Source of the DNA: an uncultured Actinomycetota bacterium
GTDB taxonomy: Bacteria; Actinomycetota; Actinomycetes; Propionibacteriales; Nocardioidaceae
DNA length: 64,000 nt
NCBI GenBank assembly: GCA_963795275.1
Contig: CAWCHD010000010.1
Coordinates: forward strand, 94,263 to 158,262
Direction: 5' to 3'
The translations under genes and the position numbers were made by a program. The notes below the pieces were generated by a model that saw only the letters and a program-made list of their open reading frames with translations, was not told where the DNA came from and made no database searches. This document shows, one piece after another, positions 10,112-20,368 of the stretch. The stretch's first letter is position 1, and the number at the start of each line of letters is the position of its first letter.

Positions 10112-12709
10112 ATGTTCGAGCGGTTCACCGACCGAGCCCGGCGAGTTGTCGTGCTGGCCCAGGAAGAGGCCCGCATGCTCTCCCACAACTACATCGGGAC
10201 CGAGCACATCCTGCTCGGCCTCATCCACGAGGGCGAGGGCGTCGCCGCCAAGGCCCTCGAGTCCCTCGACATCTCCCTGGAGGCCGTGCGCGCCCAGGTC
10301 GAGGAGATCATCGGCCAGGGCCAGCAGGCCCCGTCCGGCCACATCCCGTTCACGCCGCGCGCCAAGAAGGTGCTCGAGCTGTCGCTCCGCGAGGCGCTCC
10401 AGCTCGGCCACTCCTACATCGGCACCGAGCACATCCTGCTCGGGCTGATCCGCGAGGGCGAGGGCGTCGCGGCCCAGGTCCTGCAGAAGCTCGGCGCCGA
10501 CCTCAACCGGGTCCGCCAGCAGGTCATCCAGCTGCTCAGCGGCTTCCAGGGCAAGGAGTCGGCCGCGTCCGGCGCCCAGACCTCCGGTGCGGGTGGCGAG
10601 GCTCCGTCGAGCTCGCTGGTCCTCGACCAGTTCGGCCAGAACCTCACGCAGGCCGCCCGCGAGGGCAAGCTCGACCCCGTCATCGGGCGCGAGCAGGAGA
10701 TCGAGCGCGTGATGCAGATCCTGTCGCGCCGCACGAAGAACAACCCCGTCCTCATCGGCGAGCCCGGCGTCGGCAAGACCACGATCGTGGCCGGCCTGGC
10801 GCAGGACATCGTCAAGGGCAACGTGCCCGAGACGCTGAAGGACAAGCAGATCTACACGCTCGACCTCGGCGCGCTCGTCGCCGGGTCCCGCTACCGCGGT
10901 GACTTCGAGGAGCGCCTCAAGAAGGTCCTCAAGGAGATCCGCACCCGCGGCGACATCGTGCTCTTCATCGACGAGATCCACACCCTCGTCGGTGCCGGCG
11001 CGGCCGAGGGCGCGATCGACGCCGCCAGCATCCTCAAGCCGATGCTGGCCCGCGGCGAGCTGCAGACCATCGGTGCGACCACGCTCGACGAGTACCGCAA
11101 GTACCTCGAGAAGGACGCCGCGCTCGAGCGCCGCTTCCAGCCCATCCAGGTGCAGGAGCCCTCGATCGCGCACACGATCGAGATGCTCAAGGGCCTGCGC
11201 GACCGCTACGAGGCGCACCACCGCGTCACCATCACCGACGAGGCCCTGGTCTCGGCGGCGACGCTGGCCGACCGCTACATCTCCGACCGGTTCCTGCCGG
11301 ACAAGGCGATCGACCTCATCGACGAGGCCGGTTCGCGACTGCGCATCCGTCGGATGACCGCTCCGCCGGACCTGCGCGAGTACGACGAGAAGATCGGCGA
11401 CGTGCGCCAGCGCAAGGAGGCCGCGATCGACGGGCAGGACTTCGAGGCCGCGGCCCGCCTGCGCGACGAGGAGAAGCAGCTCTCCGCCCGCCGTGCCGAG
11501 CGCGAGAAGCAGTGGCGCGCCGGCGACCTCGACGAGATCGCCGAGGTCGACGAGGAGCTGATCGCGGAGGTCCTGGCCGTGGCCACGGGCATCCCGATCG
11601 TCAAGCTCTCGGAGGAGGAGTCCACCCGTCTGCTCAAGATGGAGGACGAGCTCCACAAGCGCGTCATCGGCCAGGACGAGGCCGTCAAGGCACTGTCCCG
11701 CGCCATCCGGCGTACGCGTGCGGGCCTCAAGGACCCCAAGCGCCCCGGCGGCTCGTTCATCTTCGCCGGTCCGTCCGGTGTCGGTAAGACGTGGCTGTCC
11801 AAGACGCTCGCGGAGTTCCTCTTCGGTGACGAGGACTCGCTGATCCAGCTCGACATGAGCGAGTTCTCCGAGAAGCACACCGTGTCGCGCCTGTTCGGCT
11901 CGCCGCCCGGATACGTCGGTTATGAAGAGGGTGGCCAGCTCACCGAGAAGGTGCGTCGCAAGCCGTTCTCCGTGGTCCTGTTCGACGAGGTCGAGAAGGC
12001 CCACCCCGACATCTTCAACAGCCTGTTGCAGATTCTCGAGGAAGGCCGTCTGACCGATTCCCAGGGTCGTGTCGTCGACTTCAAGAACACCGTCATCATC
12101 ATGACGACCAACCTCGGCTCGCGTGACATCGCCAAGAGCGTCAACCTCGGTTTCGGCGCGGTCGGCGCCGACCCGGCGGGCTCCTACGAGCGGATGAAGA
12201 GCAAGGTGTCGGAGGAGCTCAAGCAGCACTTCCGCCCCGAGTTCCTCAACCGTGTCGACGAGATCGTCGTGTTCCCGCCGCTGTCGCAGGAGCAGATCGT
12301 CGCGATGGTCGACAACATGGTCGCCGCCGTCGAGCTGCGCCTGAAGGACCGCGACATGTCCCTCGAGCTGACCCAGCCCGCCAAGGCGCTGCTGGCCGAG
12401 CGGGGCTTCGACCCGGTGCTCGGCGCGCGACCGCTGCGTCGCACGGTGCAGCGCGAGATCGAGGACGTCCTCGCCGAGAAGATGCTCTTCGGTGAGGTCG
12501 GCCCGGGCCAGATCATCCTGGTCGACGTGGAGGGCGAGGGCCCGACGGCGACGTTCACCTTCCAGGGCCAGAAGAACTCCAGGGTCCCCGACCTGCCGCC
12601 GTTCGAGACCGCCGACCTGGCGCTCGAGCCGCAGCGGGACGACGAGGGCAACCTCGAGGGCCCGGACGACTCCGAGGGTCCGATCGACATCCCTCGCGAC
12701 CCGGCCTGA
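10112..12709 (+). CDS. clpC: ATP-dependent Clp protease ATP-binding subunit ClpC
   Basis: [21 protein letters not shown], two AAA+ modules ([16 protein letters not shown]), [16 protein letters not shown]. Confidence 0.98.
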   Translation: MFERFTDRARRVVVLAQEEARMLSHNYIGTEHILLGLIHEGEGVAAKALESLDISLEAVRAQVEEIIGQGQQAPSGHIPFTPRAKKVLELSLREALQLGHSYIGTEHILLGLIREGEGVAAQVLQKLGADLNRVRQQVIQLLSGFQGKESAASGAQTSGAGGEAPSSSLVLDQFGQNLTQAAREGKLDPVIGREQEIERVMQILSRRTKNNPVLIGEPGVGKTTIVAGLAQDIVKGNVPETLKDKQIYTLDLGALVAGSRYRGDFEERLKKVLKEIRTRGDIVLFIDEIHTLVGAGAAEGAIDAASILKPMLARGELQTIGATTLDEYRKYLEKDAALERRFQPIQVQEPSIAHTIEMLKGLRDRYEAHHRVTITDEALVSAATLADRYISDRFLPDKAIDLIDEAGSRLRIRRMTAPPDLREYDEKIGDVRQRKEAAIDGQDFEAAARLRDEEKQLSARRAEREKQWRAGDLDEIAEVDEELIAEVLAVATGIPIVKLSEEESTRLLKMEDELHKRVIGQDEAVKALSRAIRRTRAGLKDPKRPGGSFIFAGPSGVGKTWLSKTLAEFLFGDEDSLIQLDMSEFSEKHTVSRLFGSPPGYVGYEEGGQLTEKVRRKPFSVVLFDEVEKAHPDIFNSLLQILEEGRLTDSQGRVVDFKNTVIIMTTNLGSRDIAKSVNLGFGAVGADPAGSYERMKSKVSEELKQHFRPEFLNRVDEIVVFPPLSQEQIVAMVDNMVAAVELRLKDRDMSLELTQPAKALLAERGFDPVLGARPLRRTVQREIEDVLAEKMLFGEVGPGQIILVDVEGEGPTATFTFQGQKNSRVPDLPPFETADLALEPQRDDEGNLEGPDDSEGPIDIPRDPA

Positions 12710-12732
12710 TCCTTCACGGCCGAGCCAGTCAC

Positions 12733-12772
12733 CAGATCACCCCGGGAGCGCCCAGCGCCCCGGGGTGATCTG
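12733..12772. terminator. Hairpin downstream of clpC (14-bp perfect stem)
   Basis: cagatcaccccggg / cccggggtgatctg, between convergent clpC and mutY. Confidence 0.7.
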
Positions 12773-13057
12773 CGTCAGCGGTCGAGTGGGCGCGTATGTA
12801 CGCGGAATCGGCGCCGAGTGGGCGCATGTGTACGCGGAACGGGCGCCGAATGGGCGGGTATGTACGCGAAAGTGGTGGCGAGCCGGCGCGTATGTGCGCG
12901 GGTCGGGCACAGATGCGACGACTCGATATGGATTGGGCGTACAGATGCGCCCACTCACCCCGTTCTGGGCGTACAGATGCGCCGACTCGGCCTCCGGACG
13001 CGCAGATGCGTCAACTCACCCCGGGAGCGCCCAGCGCCCCGGGGTGATCTGCGTCAG
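12737..13057. repeat. Foldback element (four forward plus four inverted ~32-bp units) flanked by a 42-bp direct repeat
   Basis: 42-bp exact repeat at 12737-12778 and 13016-13057; units start 12783/12815/12847/12879 and inverted units end 12925/12957/12989/13018. Confidence 0.85.
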
Positions 13058-13909
13058 GAGCCCGTCGTCGACGAGGCCGGCGAGGCAGCGCTCGCGCTGC
13101 TCGGTCCCGGGCCAGACCGCCTCGACCTGTGCGGTGGTGACGACGTCGTGGTCGCGGGCGAGCGCCATGATGCGGCCCCGGCACTGGCGGTCGGTGCCGG
13201 CCCAGGCCTGGCCGCGACGCGGCGGTCCGTCGTACGCCGGGTAGCCGGCGCCGCGCCACGCGCACAGGTCCGCGACCGGGCAGGAGGCGCAGTCCGGTTG
13301 GCGAGCGGTGCACACGAGCGCGCCGAGCTCCATCGTCGCCACCGCCCACGTCGCGGCGGTGGCATCGTCGTCGGGCAGGACCGCGGTGGCCACGTCACGC
13401 TCCGCGCGGGTGACCGCGGTGGCCGGGAACTCGACGCCGGACACCACGCGCGCCAGCACCCGGCGCACGTTGGTGTCGAGGACGACGTGGCGCCCGCCGA
13501 AGGCGAAGCTCGCGATCGCCGAGGCGGTGTAGTCCCCGACGCCGGGGAGCGCGAGCAGGTCGTCGTACGCCGTCGGCACCGCCCCGTCGTGCCGCTCGAC
13601 GATCGCGACGGCGGCGGCGTGGAGGCGCAGCGCGCGGCGGGGGTAGCCGAGCCGGCCCCACATCCGCACGGCCTCGCCCGTCGAGTCGGCCGCGAGGTCG
13701 GCCGGCTCGGGCCAGCGGTCGAGCCACGCCTCGTGCACGGGCAGGACGCGGGCGACGGGCGTCTGCTGGAGCATGAACTCGCTGACCATCACCGACCAGG
13801 GCGAGGCCCGGACGCCGCGCCACGGCAGCTCCCGCGCGTGGTCGTCGTACCAGCCGAGCACCGCCTCGTGCAGGGCTGCGGGGGAGGCCGCGCGGGAGGG
13901 GGTGTCCAT
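13016..13909 (-). CDS. mutY: A/G-specific adenine glycosylase
   Basis: RELPWR, VSEFMLQQTPV, WGRLGYPRRA, LPGVGDYTA, DTNVRRV, MELGALVC..C..CP...C FeS motif. Confidence 0.95.
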   Translation of the reverse strand: MDTPSRAASPAALHEAVLGWYDDHARELPWRGVRASPWSVMVSEFMLQQTPVARVLPVHEAWLDRWPEPADLAADSTGEAVRMWGRLGYPRRALRLHAAAVAIVERHDGAVPTAYDDLLALPGVGDYTASAIASFAFGGRHVVLDTNVRRVLARVVSGVEFPATAVTRAERDVATAVLPDDDATAATWAVATMELGALVCTARQPDCASCPVADLCAWRGAGYPAYDGPPRRGQAWAGTDRQCRGRIMALARDHDVVTTAQVEAVWPGTEQRERCLAGLVDDGLLTQITPGRWALPG

Positions 13910-13976
13910 CGCAGCGATCCTAGGCAGGCCGGTGCGCCTCCGCCGAGACGGGCCGCTCGCTGCCTAGCCTGACCCC

Positions 13977-14807
13977 ATGGCGTCGACCGTGCGGCCTCGT
14001 GGGCCGCTCCCGGCCCGGGTCTACTGGACCCGGCGCATCGTCGTGCTCGCCGTCCCCCTGCTCCTCGTGGTGGTCCTGGCGCGCGTCCTGGGCGGTTCGT
14101 CGGACGGCAAGGACGCCACCGACGGCACGGCGACCCAGGCCGGCGCGAAGGTAGAGACGAGCCCCGCCCCGAGTGCCGGTCCGACGGCCGGCGAGGAGGT
14201 CGCCGGAACCGCGACGGGCAAGGGCAAGAAGGGCAAGGGCAAGAAGAACCAGGACGTCCCGGTCGAGACCACCCCGCCCGCGCCGGTGCTGGCCGAGCCC
14301 ACCGGCCCGTGCGACGACTCCGACATCGTCGCGACGCCCGTCATCACCTCGGCCCCCGGTGGCTCCGACGTCGCGATCACGGTCAACCTCCGCACGACCT
14401 ACACCGAGGCCTGCACCTGGCAGGCGTCGCCGCAGACGATGACGGCGACCATCACCTCGGGCGAGGACTACATCTGGAGCACCCGCGAGTGCCCGGTCGG
14501 GATCCCGCCGCAGGACGTCGTGGTCCGCCAGGCGGTCGACACCCCGGTGGTGGTGACCTGGTCCGCGAAGCGCTCCGACGAGACCTGCTCGGCCCGTACG
14601 GCGTACGCGATGCCGGGGTTCTACCACGTCGAGGTGGCCGCCCTGGGCGGCGAACCGACCGACGTCCAGTTCGAGCTGGTGCCGCCGCAGCCGGGCGTGG
14701 TCACCAAGACCGCCGAGCCCGAGCAGGACGGCACGAAGAACGGCACGAAGAACGGCGACAAGTCCCACACCCCCGGCGAGGACGGCGCGGGCAACTCCGC
14801 GGGCTGA
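13977..14807 (+). CDS. Conserved membrane-anchored hypothetical protein (mutY-disA neighbour)
   Basis: PRGPLPARVYWTRR N-terminus, one TM helix, Cys-containing extracellular domain; TAGCCT 6 nt before ATG. Confidence 0.75.
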   Translation: MASTVRPRGPLPARVYWTRRIVVLAVPLLLVVVLARVLGGSSDGKDATDGTATQAGAKVETSPAPSAGPTAGEEVAGTATGKGKKGKGKKNQDVPVETTPPAPVLAEPTGPCDDSDIVATPVITSAPGGSDVAITVNLRTTYTEACTWQASPQTMTATITSGEDYIWSTRECPVGIPPQDVVVRQAVDTPVVVTWSAKRSDETCSARTAYAMPGFYHVEVAALGGEPTDVQFELVPPQPGVVTKTAEPEQDGTKNGTKNGDKSHTPGEDGAGNSAG

Positions 14808-14809
14808 CC

Positions 14810-15892
14810 TCAGATGTAGCGCTCGGTGATGCTCGACTCGGCGAGGCGGGAGAGGCCCTCGCGCACGCTGCGGGCGCGGAGCTCGCCGACGCCCTCGACG
14901 GCCTGGAGGTCGTCGATGCCGGCGGACAGCAGCTGCTGGAGGCCGCCGAAGTGCTCGACGAGCCGGTCGACGACGGCGGCCGGGAGGCGCGGGACCTTGG
15001 CCAGCAGGCGGTAGCCGCGCGGCGCGACGGCGGCGTCGAGGTGCTCCGCGCCGCCGAGGCCGATGACCCGCGCGACGGCGGCGGGGTCGACGAGATCGGT
15101 GGGGGAGAGGCTCTCGAGCTCGGCGAGGTGGAGCTCGGGGCTGGTCTGGCGGCGCTTGCCGGCGGGCAGGTAGTCGCGGACGACGAGCTCGCGCTCCGCG
15201 TCGACGCCGGTGACGAGCTCCTCGAGCTGGAGCGAGAGCAGGCGGCCGTCGGTGCCGAGCTCGAGCACGTAGTCCTCGATCTCGCGCGCGATCCGGATGA
15301 CCATCTCGAGGCGCTGGGCGACCACGGCGACGTCGCGCACGGTGACCAGGTCCTCGATCTCGAGGGCCGACAGGGTCGCGGACACCTCGTCGAGGCGGAG
15401 CTTGTAGCGCTCGAGGGTGGCCAGCGCCTGGTTGGCGCGGGAGAGGATCTTGCCGGAGTCCTCGAGCACGTGGCGGATGTCGCCGACGTAGGCCGCGATG
15501 ATCTGCATCGACTGGCTGACCGAGATCACCGGGTGGCCGGTCTGCTTCGCGACCCGCTCGGCCGTACGGTGCCGGGTGCCGGTCTCCTCCGAGGGGATCG
15601 TGTGGTCGGGCATCAGGTGCACGGCCGCGCGGTGGATGCGGGTGAGGTCCTTGTCGACCACGATCGCGCCGTCCATCTTGGCCAGCTCGCGCAGGCCGGT
15701 GGCGGTGAACGGGACGTCGAGGGTGAAGCCGCCGGTCGCGATCGACTCGACGGTCTTGTCCAGCCCGAGCACGATCAGGGCGCCGGTGCGGCCCCGCAGG
15801 ATCCGCTCGAGCCCGTCGCGCAACGCCGTACCCGGGGCGATGGACGCCAGGGTCGCGCGCAGGCGCAGCTGCTCGTCGATGCGCTCGGCCAC
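14810..15892 (-). CDS. disA: DNA integrity scanning diadenylate cyclase
   Basis: [41 protein letters not shown], HhH tail VEGVGELRA. Confidence 0.96.
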   Translation of the reverse strand: MAERIDEQLRLRATLASIAPGTALRDGLERILRGRTGALIVLGLDKTVESIATGGFTLDVPFTATGLRELAKMDGAIVVDKDLTRIHRAAVHLMPDHTIPSEETGTRHRTAERVAKQTGHPVISVSQSMQIIAAYVGDIRHVLEDSGKILSRANQALATLERYKLRLDEVSATLSALEIEDLVTVRDVAVVAQRLEMVIRIAREIEDYVLELGTDGRLLSLQLEELVTGVDAERELVVRDYLPAGKRRQTSPELHLAELESLSPTDLVDPAAVARVIGLGGAEHLDAAVAPRGYRLLAKVPRLPAAVVDRLVEHFGGLQQLLSAGIDDLQAVEGVGELRARSVREGLSRLAESSITERYI

Positions 15893-16005
15893 GGGTCCTC
15901 CACCTGTCTGTGCTGGCCCGCCCCCGGACCCCCGGTGAAGTGTAGGGCGCGGGAGGCCGATCGAGCCTTCCGTTAACAACCCGTGACCTTGCGGGTCGGA
16001 CCGCC

Positions 16006-17400
16006 TCAGAGCGGCGGGGTCAGCTCGAGCGCGAGCAGCGCACCGAAGATGTCGTCGACCTCGACGACCGTGAGGCCGTCGACCACGCGCCGGCTCGGGA
16101 TGCCGCGCTCGCTCGGCAGCGGGCGGCCCCGCGGCACGACGGCGACCTTGAAGCCCAGCCGGGCGGCCTCGGCGATGCGCTGCGGCAGGTCGCGGACCCG
16201 ACGCAGCTCGCCGGCCAGGCCGATCTCGCCGATGGCCACGGCACCGCGCGGCGCGGGCACCCCGAGGTGGGAGCTGGCGACGGCGACCGCGATCGCCAGG
16301 TCGGTGGCCGGGTCGTGCAGCTTGGCGCCGCCGACGGTCGCGACGAACGTGTCGCTGCCGGCGATCCGGAGCCGGGCGTGGCGGGTCAGCACGGCGAGCA
16401 CCATGTCGACGCGGGACGACTCGACGCCCGAGACCGTACGACGGGGGCGCTCGAGCGGCGACGGCGTGAGGAGCGCCTGCACCTCGGCCAGCAGCGGCCG
16501 ACGGCCCTCCATCGTCACCGCGACGCAGGTGCCGGAGACGTCCTGGGTGTGGTGCTCGACGAAGAGGCCGGTCGGGTCGGTCACCGCGGCGATGCCCTCC
16601 GACGACAGGTCGAAGCAGCCGACCTCGTCGACCGGGCCGTAGCGGTTCTTCATCGCGCGGACCATCCGGAAGCGGGAGTTGCGGTCGCCCTCGAAGTGGA
16701 GCACGACGTCGACGAGGTGCTCGAGCACGCGCGGCCCCGCGATCGAGCCGTCCTTGGTCACGTGGCCGACGAGCACGGTGGTGATGTTGCGGGTCTTGGC
16801 GACGCGGATCAGGGCCGCCGCGACCTCCTTGACCTGGGTGACGCCGCCGGGCACGCCGTCGATGCCGGAGGCGCCGATCGTCTGCACGGAGTCGACGACC
16901 AGCAGGGTCGGGCGGACCTCCTCGATGTGGGTGAGCAGCGCACCGAGGTCGGTCTCCGCGGCGAGGAACAGCTCGTCCTGGACGCCGCCGGTGCGCTCGG
17001 CGCGGATGCGCACCTGGGCGGCCGACTCCTCGCCGGTGACGTAGAGGGTGCGCTGGCGGGTGCGGGCGGTCTGCGCCGCGACCTCCAGCAGCAGGGTGCT
17101 CTTGCCGACGCCGGGCTCGCCGGCGAGCAGGATCGCGGCGCCGGGCACGAGCCCGCCGCCGAGCACCCGGTCGAGCTCGGGGACGCCGCTGGAGCGTGCG
17201 ACCGACTCGGTGATCGCGACCTGCCCGATCGGCACCGCCGGCGTGGACACCGGTCCGGCCGCGGCGCGGAGCGTCGGCGCGCCTGCCTCGGCGACCGACC
17301 CCCACGCCTGGCACTCGCCGCAGCGGCCGACCCACTTCACGGTCTCCCAGCCGCACTCGGAGCAGCGGTAGGAGGGGCGGGAGCGGGCCTTGGTCGACAT
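16006..17400 (-). CDS. radA: DNA repair protein RadA/Sms
   Basis: [17 protein letters not shown] zinc finger, [27 protein letters not shown]. Confidence 0.97.
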   Translation of the reverse strand: MSTKARSRPSYRCSECGWETVKWVGRCGECQAWGSVAEAGAPTLRAAAGPVSTPAVPIGQVAITESVARSSGVPELDRVLGGGLVPGAAILLAGEPGVGKSTLLLEVAAQTARTRQRTLYVTGEESAAQVRIRAERTGGVQDELFLAAETDLGALLTHIEEVRPTLLVVDSVQTIGASGIDGVPGGVTQVKEVAAALIRVAKTRNITTVLVGHVTKDGSIAGPRVLEHLVDVVLHFEGDRNSRFRMVRAMKNRYGPVDEVGCFDLSSEGIAAVTDPTGLFVEHHTQDVSGTCVAVTMEGRRPLLAEVQALLTPSPLERPRRTVSGVESSRVDMVLAVLTRHARLRIAGSDTFVATVGGAKLHDPATDLAIAVAVASSHLGVPAPRGAVAIGEIGLAGELRRVRDLPQRIAEAARLGFKVAVVPRGRPLPSERGIPSRRVVDGLTVVEVDDIFGALLALELTPPL

Positions 17401-17407
17401 GCCTCCC

Positions 17408-17429
17408 ACGCTAGGTGAGCGCACCGACA
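17408..17429 (-). promoter_or_regulatory. PafBC-type (RecA-independent) DNA-damage promoter of radA, leaderless
   Basis: Minus strand TGTCGG-N10-TAGCGT-N7-ATG. Confidence 0.75.
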
Positions 17430-17639
17430 GCGACGACGTACGCCGCGCGCGACGGCTCCCGAGGTCCACGCCCCGGTACGGACCACCTCTCCACAGGAGA
17501 GGGCCACCACCTGTGGAGCACGCCCCGATCCTGTGGAGGAACGGGTCGCAACCTGGGGATGGGGAGGGCCTTTCGGTGGACGGGGAAACCCGTGCTCCGC
17601 AGGCCTTGCGCGGGTCGTCGCGGACCCCGTAGAACTCTC

Positions 17640-17840
17640 CCTACGCAGCCCCGCAAGGGGAGGCGGGACGACTCGGAGACGAGGGTCCATCCGGCAGGGA
17701 GGCTTCGGCCGAACAGCCGCCGCGACTGGGTGACGCAGGCGCGGGGACTCGCGGGGAAGGGACGTCGACCGGAGGTCGTCACACGATCCGGTCACCCGAA
17801 GGGCCCTTGCGACTCATACTCGCAAGGGCCCTTCACCATT
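17640..17840 (+). ncRNA. Candidate orphan structured small RNA
   Basis: Possible promoter TTGCGC-N18-TAGAAC; cccc-GCAA-gggg and ggc-TTCG-gcc tetraloop hairpins; long-range stem; ends in a 15-bp hairpin; no convincing ORF. Confidence 0.5.
17798..17840 (+). terminator. Strong intrinsic terminator-like hairpin
   Basis: gaagggcccttgcga-ctcatac-tcgcaagggcccttc, 15-bp perfect stem followed by accattt. Confidence 0.75.
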
Positions 17841-17895
17841 TCCCTCCTTCGCCACGGCTTATGCTGCGGGGAGTTGGATCGATCAAGGGGGAGCC

Positions 17896-18939
17896 ATGGC
17901 GCGCAGCGACCATCGGTCCGGCAGCCAGCTGCCGGTGACTCCGACGACGCTCGCCGACGTCGCCGAGAAGGCGGGCGTCTCGCGGCAGACGGTCTCCAAC
18001 GCGGTCAACAACCCCGACCTGCTGCGCCCCGACACCCTCGAGCGGGTGCGCCAGACGATCGCCGAGCTCGGCTACTCGCCCAACCGCGCGGCCCGCAACC
18101 TCCGCACCCGGACCTCGTCGCTGATCGGGCTGCGCTTCACGCCCGGCCAGGAGGGCACGGCCAACGCGACGATGGACCGCTTCGTGCACTCGCTGGTCGA
18201 GGCCAGCGACGAGGCGGGCTACCACGTCCTGCTCTTCCCGGCCGACGACGAGGACCCGGTCGGCGGCTACGACAACCTGCTCCGCTCGACCGCCGTCGAC
18301 GCCTTCGTCGTGACCGACACCTACCTCGGCAACCCGCAGGCCGCCTGGCTGAGCGAGCAGCGGGCGCCGTTCGTCGCCTTCGGCCGGCCGTGGGACGACG
18401 ACGTCGCGCGGCACGTGTGGGTCGACGTCGACGGCTCGGCCGGCACCCGGCTCGCGACGCAGCACCTCATCGACCGCGGCCACACCCGCATCGCGTGGAT
18501 CGGCTGGCGCAAGGACTCGCCCATCGGGGAGGACCGCCGCGCGGGGTGGGTCTCGACGATGCACGCCAACGGCCTCCCGACCACGGGACTGGCCTCGCGC
18601 GTCGAGGACGTCGTCCACAGCGGCGCCGAGGCGGCCGCCGTGCTCCTCGACGAGTCCGAGCCGACCGCCTTCGTCTGCGCGTCCGACACCCTGGCGATGG
18701 GCGTGCTGCACACGCTCTGGATCCGCCAGCTCGCCCCCGGCCGCGACATCGCGGTGGTCGGCTTCGACGACTCCCAGGTGGCGCAGGTCTTCCCGGTGGG
18801 CCTGACGTCCGTACGCCAGCCGCTGGAGGACGTGGCGGTCGAGATCGTCCGGACCCTGCGCGCGCTGCTCTCGCACCAGCCGGTCGAGGCGCGCGGCGTG
18901 CTGCTCGAGCCGTCGCTGGTGATCCGCCAGTCCAGCTAG
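17896..18939 (+). CDS. LacI family transcriptional regulator
   Basis: TLADVAEKAGVSRQTVS HTH, LGYSPNRAARNL, VVGFDDS, LTSVRQP. Confidence 0.93.
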   Translation: MARSDHRSGSQLPVTPTTLADVAEKAGVSRQTVSNAVNNPDLLRPDTLERVRQTIAELGYSPNRAARNLRTRTSSLIGLRFTPGQEGTANATMDRFVHSLVEASDEAGYHVLLFPADDEDPVGGYDNLLRSTAVDAFVVTDTYLGNPQAAWLSEQRAPFVAFGRPWDDDVARHVWVDVDGSAGTRLATQHLIDRGHTRIAWIGWRKDSPIGEDRRAGWVSTMHANGLPTTGLASRVEDVVHSGAEAAAVLLDESEPTAFVCASDTLAMGVLHTLWIRQLAPGRDIAVVGFDDSQVAQVFPVGLTSVRQPLEDVAVEIVRTLRALLSHQPVEARGVLLEPSLVIRQSS

Positions 18940-19625
18940 TAGTGGCGCCACCAGAGGTTGACGGCGTAGTCGACCTCGGTGCCGGTGTGCTCGGCGAGCG
19001 CCTCCTCGGCGGCCGCGGGCGGCAGCTCGATGCGGACGACGGACTCGAGGTCCTCGCGGGTCGCGAAGGACCAGCCCATGTCGACCTGCTGCCGCTGCCA
19101 GCCGTGCATCGACCAGAACCGCTCGACCGCACCGGGATCGACCTCGGGGAAGCCGCGACCGAACCAGCGGCCGAAGGTGGACCGGGTCGGGTCGTTGTCG
19201 ATCACGAACGCGGTGCCGCCGCGGCGTACGACCCGGTCGAGCTCGCGCAGCCCCGGCTCCGACCCGGGTCCGAAGAAGTAGGCCCACCGGGCGTGGGCCA
19301 CGTCGACCGACGCGTCGCGGAGCGGCAGGGCCTCGGCCACGCCCTGGCGGACGGTGACGTTGCGCAGCCGGCGCGTACGACGACGCGCGATCGACGCGAG
19401 CGGTGGGTGCGGCTCCACCCCGACCACCTTCGCGGCCGACTCCGCCCACTGCGGGAGGTGGAAGCCGGTGCCGCAGCCGATGTCGAGGAAGGCGCGTCCG
19501 GACCAGTCGGCGATCTCGCGCATCGCGGCGGCGATGCGGCCGTGCGGGTCGGCGGCCCGGTTCTCGAGCTCGTAGAGCTCGGGGGTGTTCCAGATGTTGG
19601 GGGAGGGCCGGGGCGTGTGGGCCAA
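18936..19625 (-). CDS. Class I SAM-dependent methyltransferase
   Basis: LDIGCGTGFH, GVEPH, AEALPL..ASVD; TTG start assumed. Confidence 0.85.
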   Translation of the reverse strand: MAHTPRPSPNIWNTPELYELENRAADPHGRIAAAMREIADWSGRAFLDIGCGTGFHLPQWAESAAKVVGVEPHPPLASIARRRTRRLRNVTVRQGVAEALPLRDASVDVAHARWAYFFGPGSEPGLRELDRVVRRGGTAFVIDNDPTRSTFGRWFGRGFPEVDPGAVERFWSMHGWQRQQVDMGWSFATREDLESVVRIELPPAAAEEALAEHTGTEVDYAVNLWWRHY

Positions 19626-19627
19626 CC

Positions 19628-20266
19628 TCAGATCCGGACGAGCCCGTTCGGCGTCTGCAGCTGGACCGCGACGATGCCGGGGGTGCCGTTGGGGGCGACC
19701 CACTCGACCTTGATGTCCTCCAGCGGGGCCTCGACGGTCTCGCCGAGCCACTCGCTCACGCGCTGCGGGTCGCCGGCGATCTCGAGGCAGGCCAGCGAGT
19801 AGTCGCCGGTCGCGCCGTGGCTGGGGTGCAGCTCCGTCGGCGACTGCCAGTGGATGAAGTAGGGGAGCTGCGGGTCGTTGAGCAGGCCGTTGACGCCGAC
19901 CTGCTGCCAGAGCAGCTCGGTGCCGTCGGGGCGGTGGCGGTTGCCCTTGACGGCCTCGCGGCCCAGGCGCGCCTCGACGGGGGTGATGTCGTCGACCGCC
20001 ACGACCCAGCCGAGCCAGCCGCCGCCGAGGGCGGAGCGGGCGCGCACGGCCTGGCCGAACGGGGCCTTGTCGCTGGCGGGGTGGTCGAGCACCTCGACGA
20101 TCTCGAGGTAGATGTCGCCGGCGAGCGGCAGGATCATGTTGCGGGTGCCGAAGCGGGGGTGCACGCCTCCGGTCGCGAACTCCGTGCCGAGCAGCCCCCC
20201 GATGCGCTGGGCGGTGCTGGCGAGTCCATCAGGTCCGGCGGCGAAGCTGACGTGGTCCAGGCGCAT
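19628..20266 (-). CDS. VOC/glyoxalase-like family protein
   Basis: MRLDHV, GGVHPRFGTRN, YLEIV, LPYFIHW. Confidence 0.85.
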   Translation of the reverse strand: MRLDHVSFAAGPDGLASTAQRIGGLLGTEFATGGVHPRFGTRNMILPLAGDIYLEIVEVLDHPASDKAPFGQAVRARSALGGGWLGWVVAVDDITPVEARLGREAVKGNRHRPDGTELLWQQVGVNGLLNDPQLPYFIHWQSPTELHPSHGATGDYSLACLEIAGDPQRVSEWLGETVEAPLEDIKVEWVAPNGTPGIVAVQLQTPNGLVRI

Positions 20267-20368
20267 GCCGAGATTCTGTGCCTTTTCGTCCTGGGGGCTG
20301 ACACCGGGGTCGGGTTCTCTTGACGTCGAGGAATCCGGGGACGCGGACGCGGCGCCCGTCAGCGGGGA

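Noticed and set aside
12783-13018. CRISPR array or small protein gene
   Set aside because: Linkers are only 10 nt and orientation flips mid-array; the 73-aa ORF merely reuses the duplicated mutY end
14810-17356. 848-aa extended DisA ORF
   Set aside because: The N-terminal part is an off-frame shadow of radA; DisA starts at 15892
17640-17840. c-di-AMP (ydaO) or cobalamin riboswitch, or Ms1 RNA
   Set aside because: The hallmark conserved segments I recall for these families are not evident; an Rfam search is still needed
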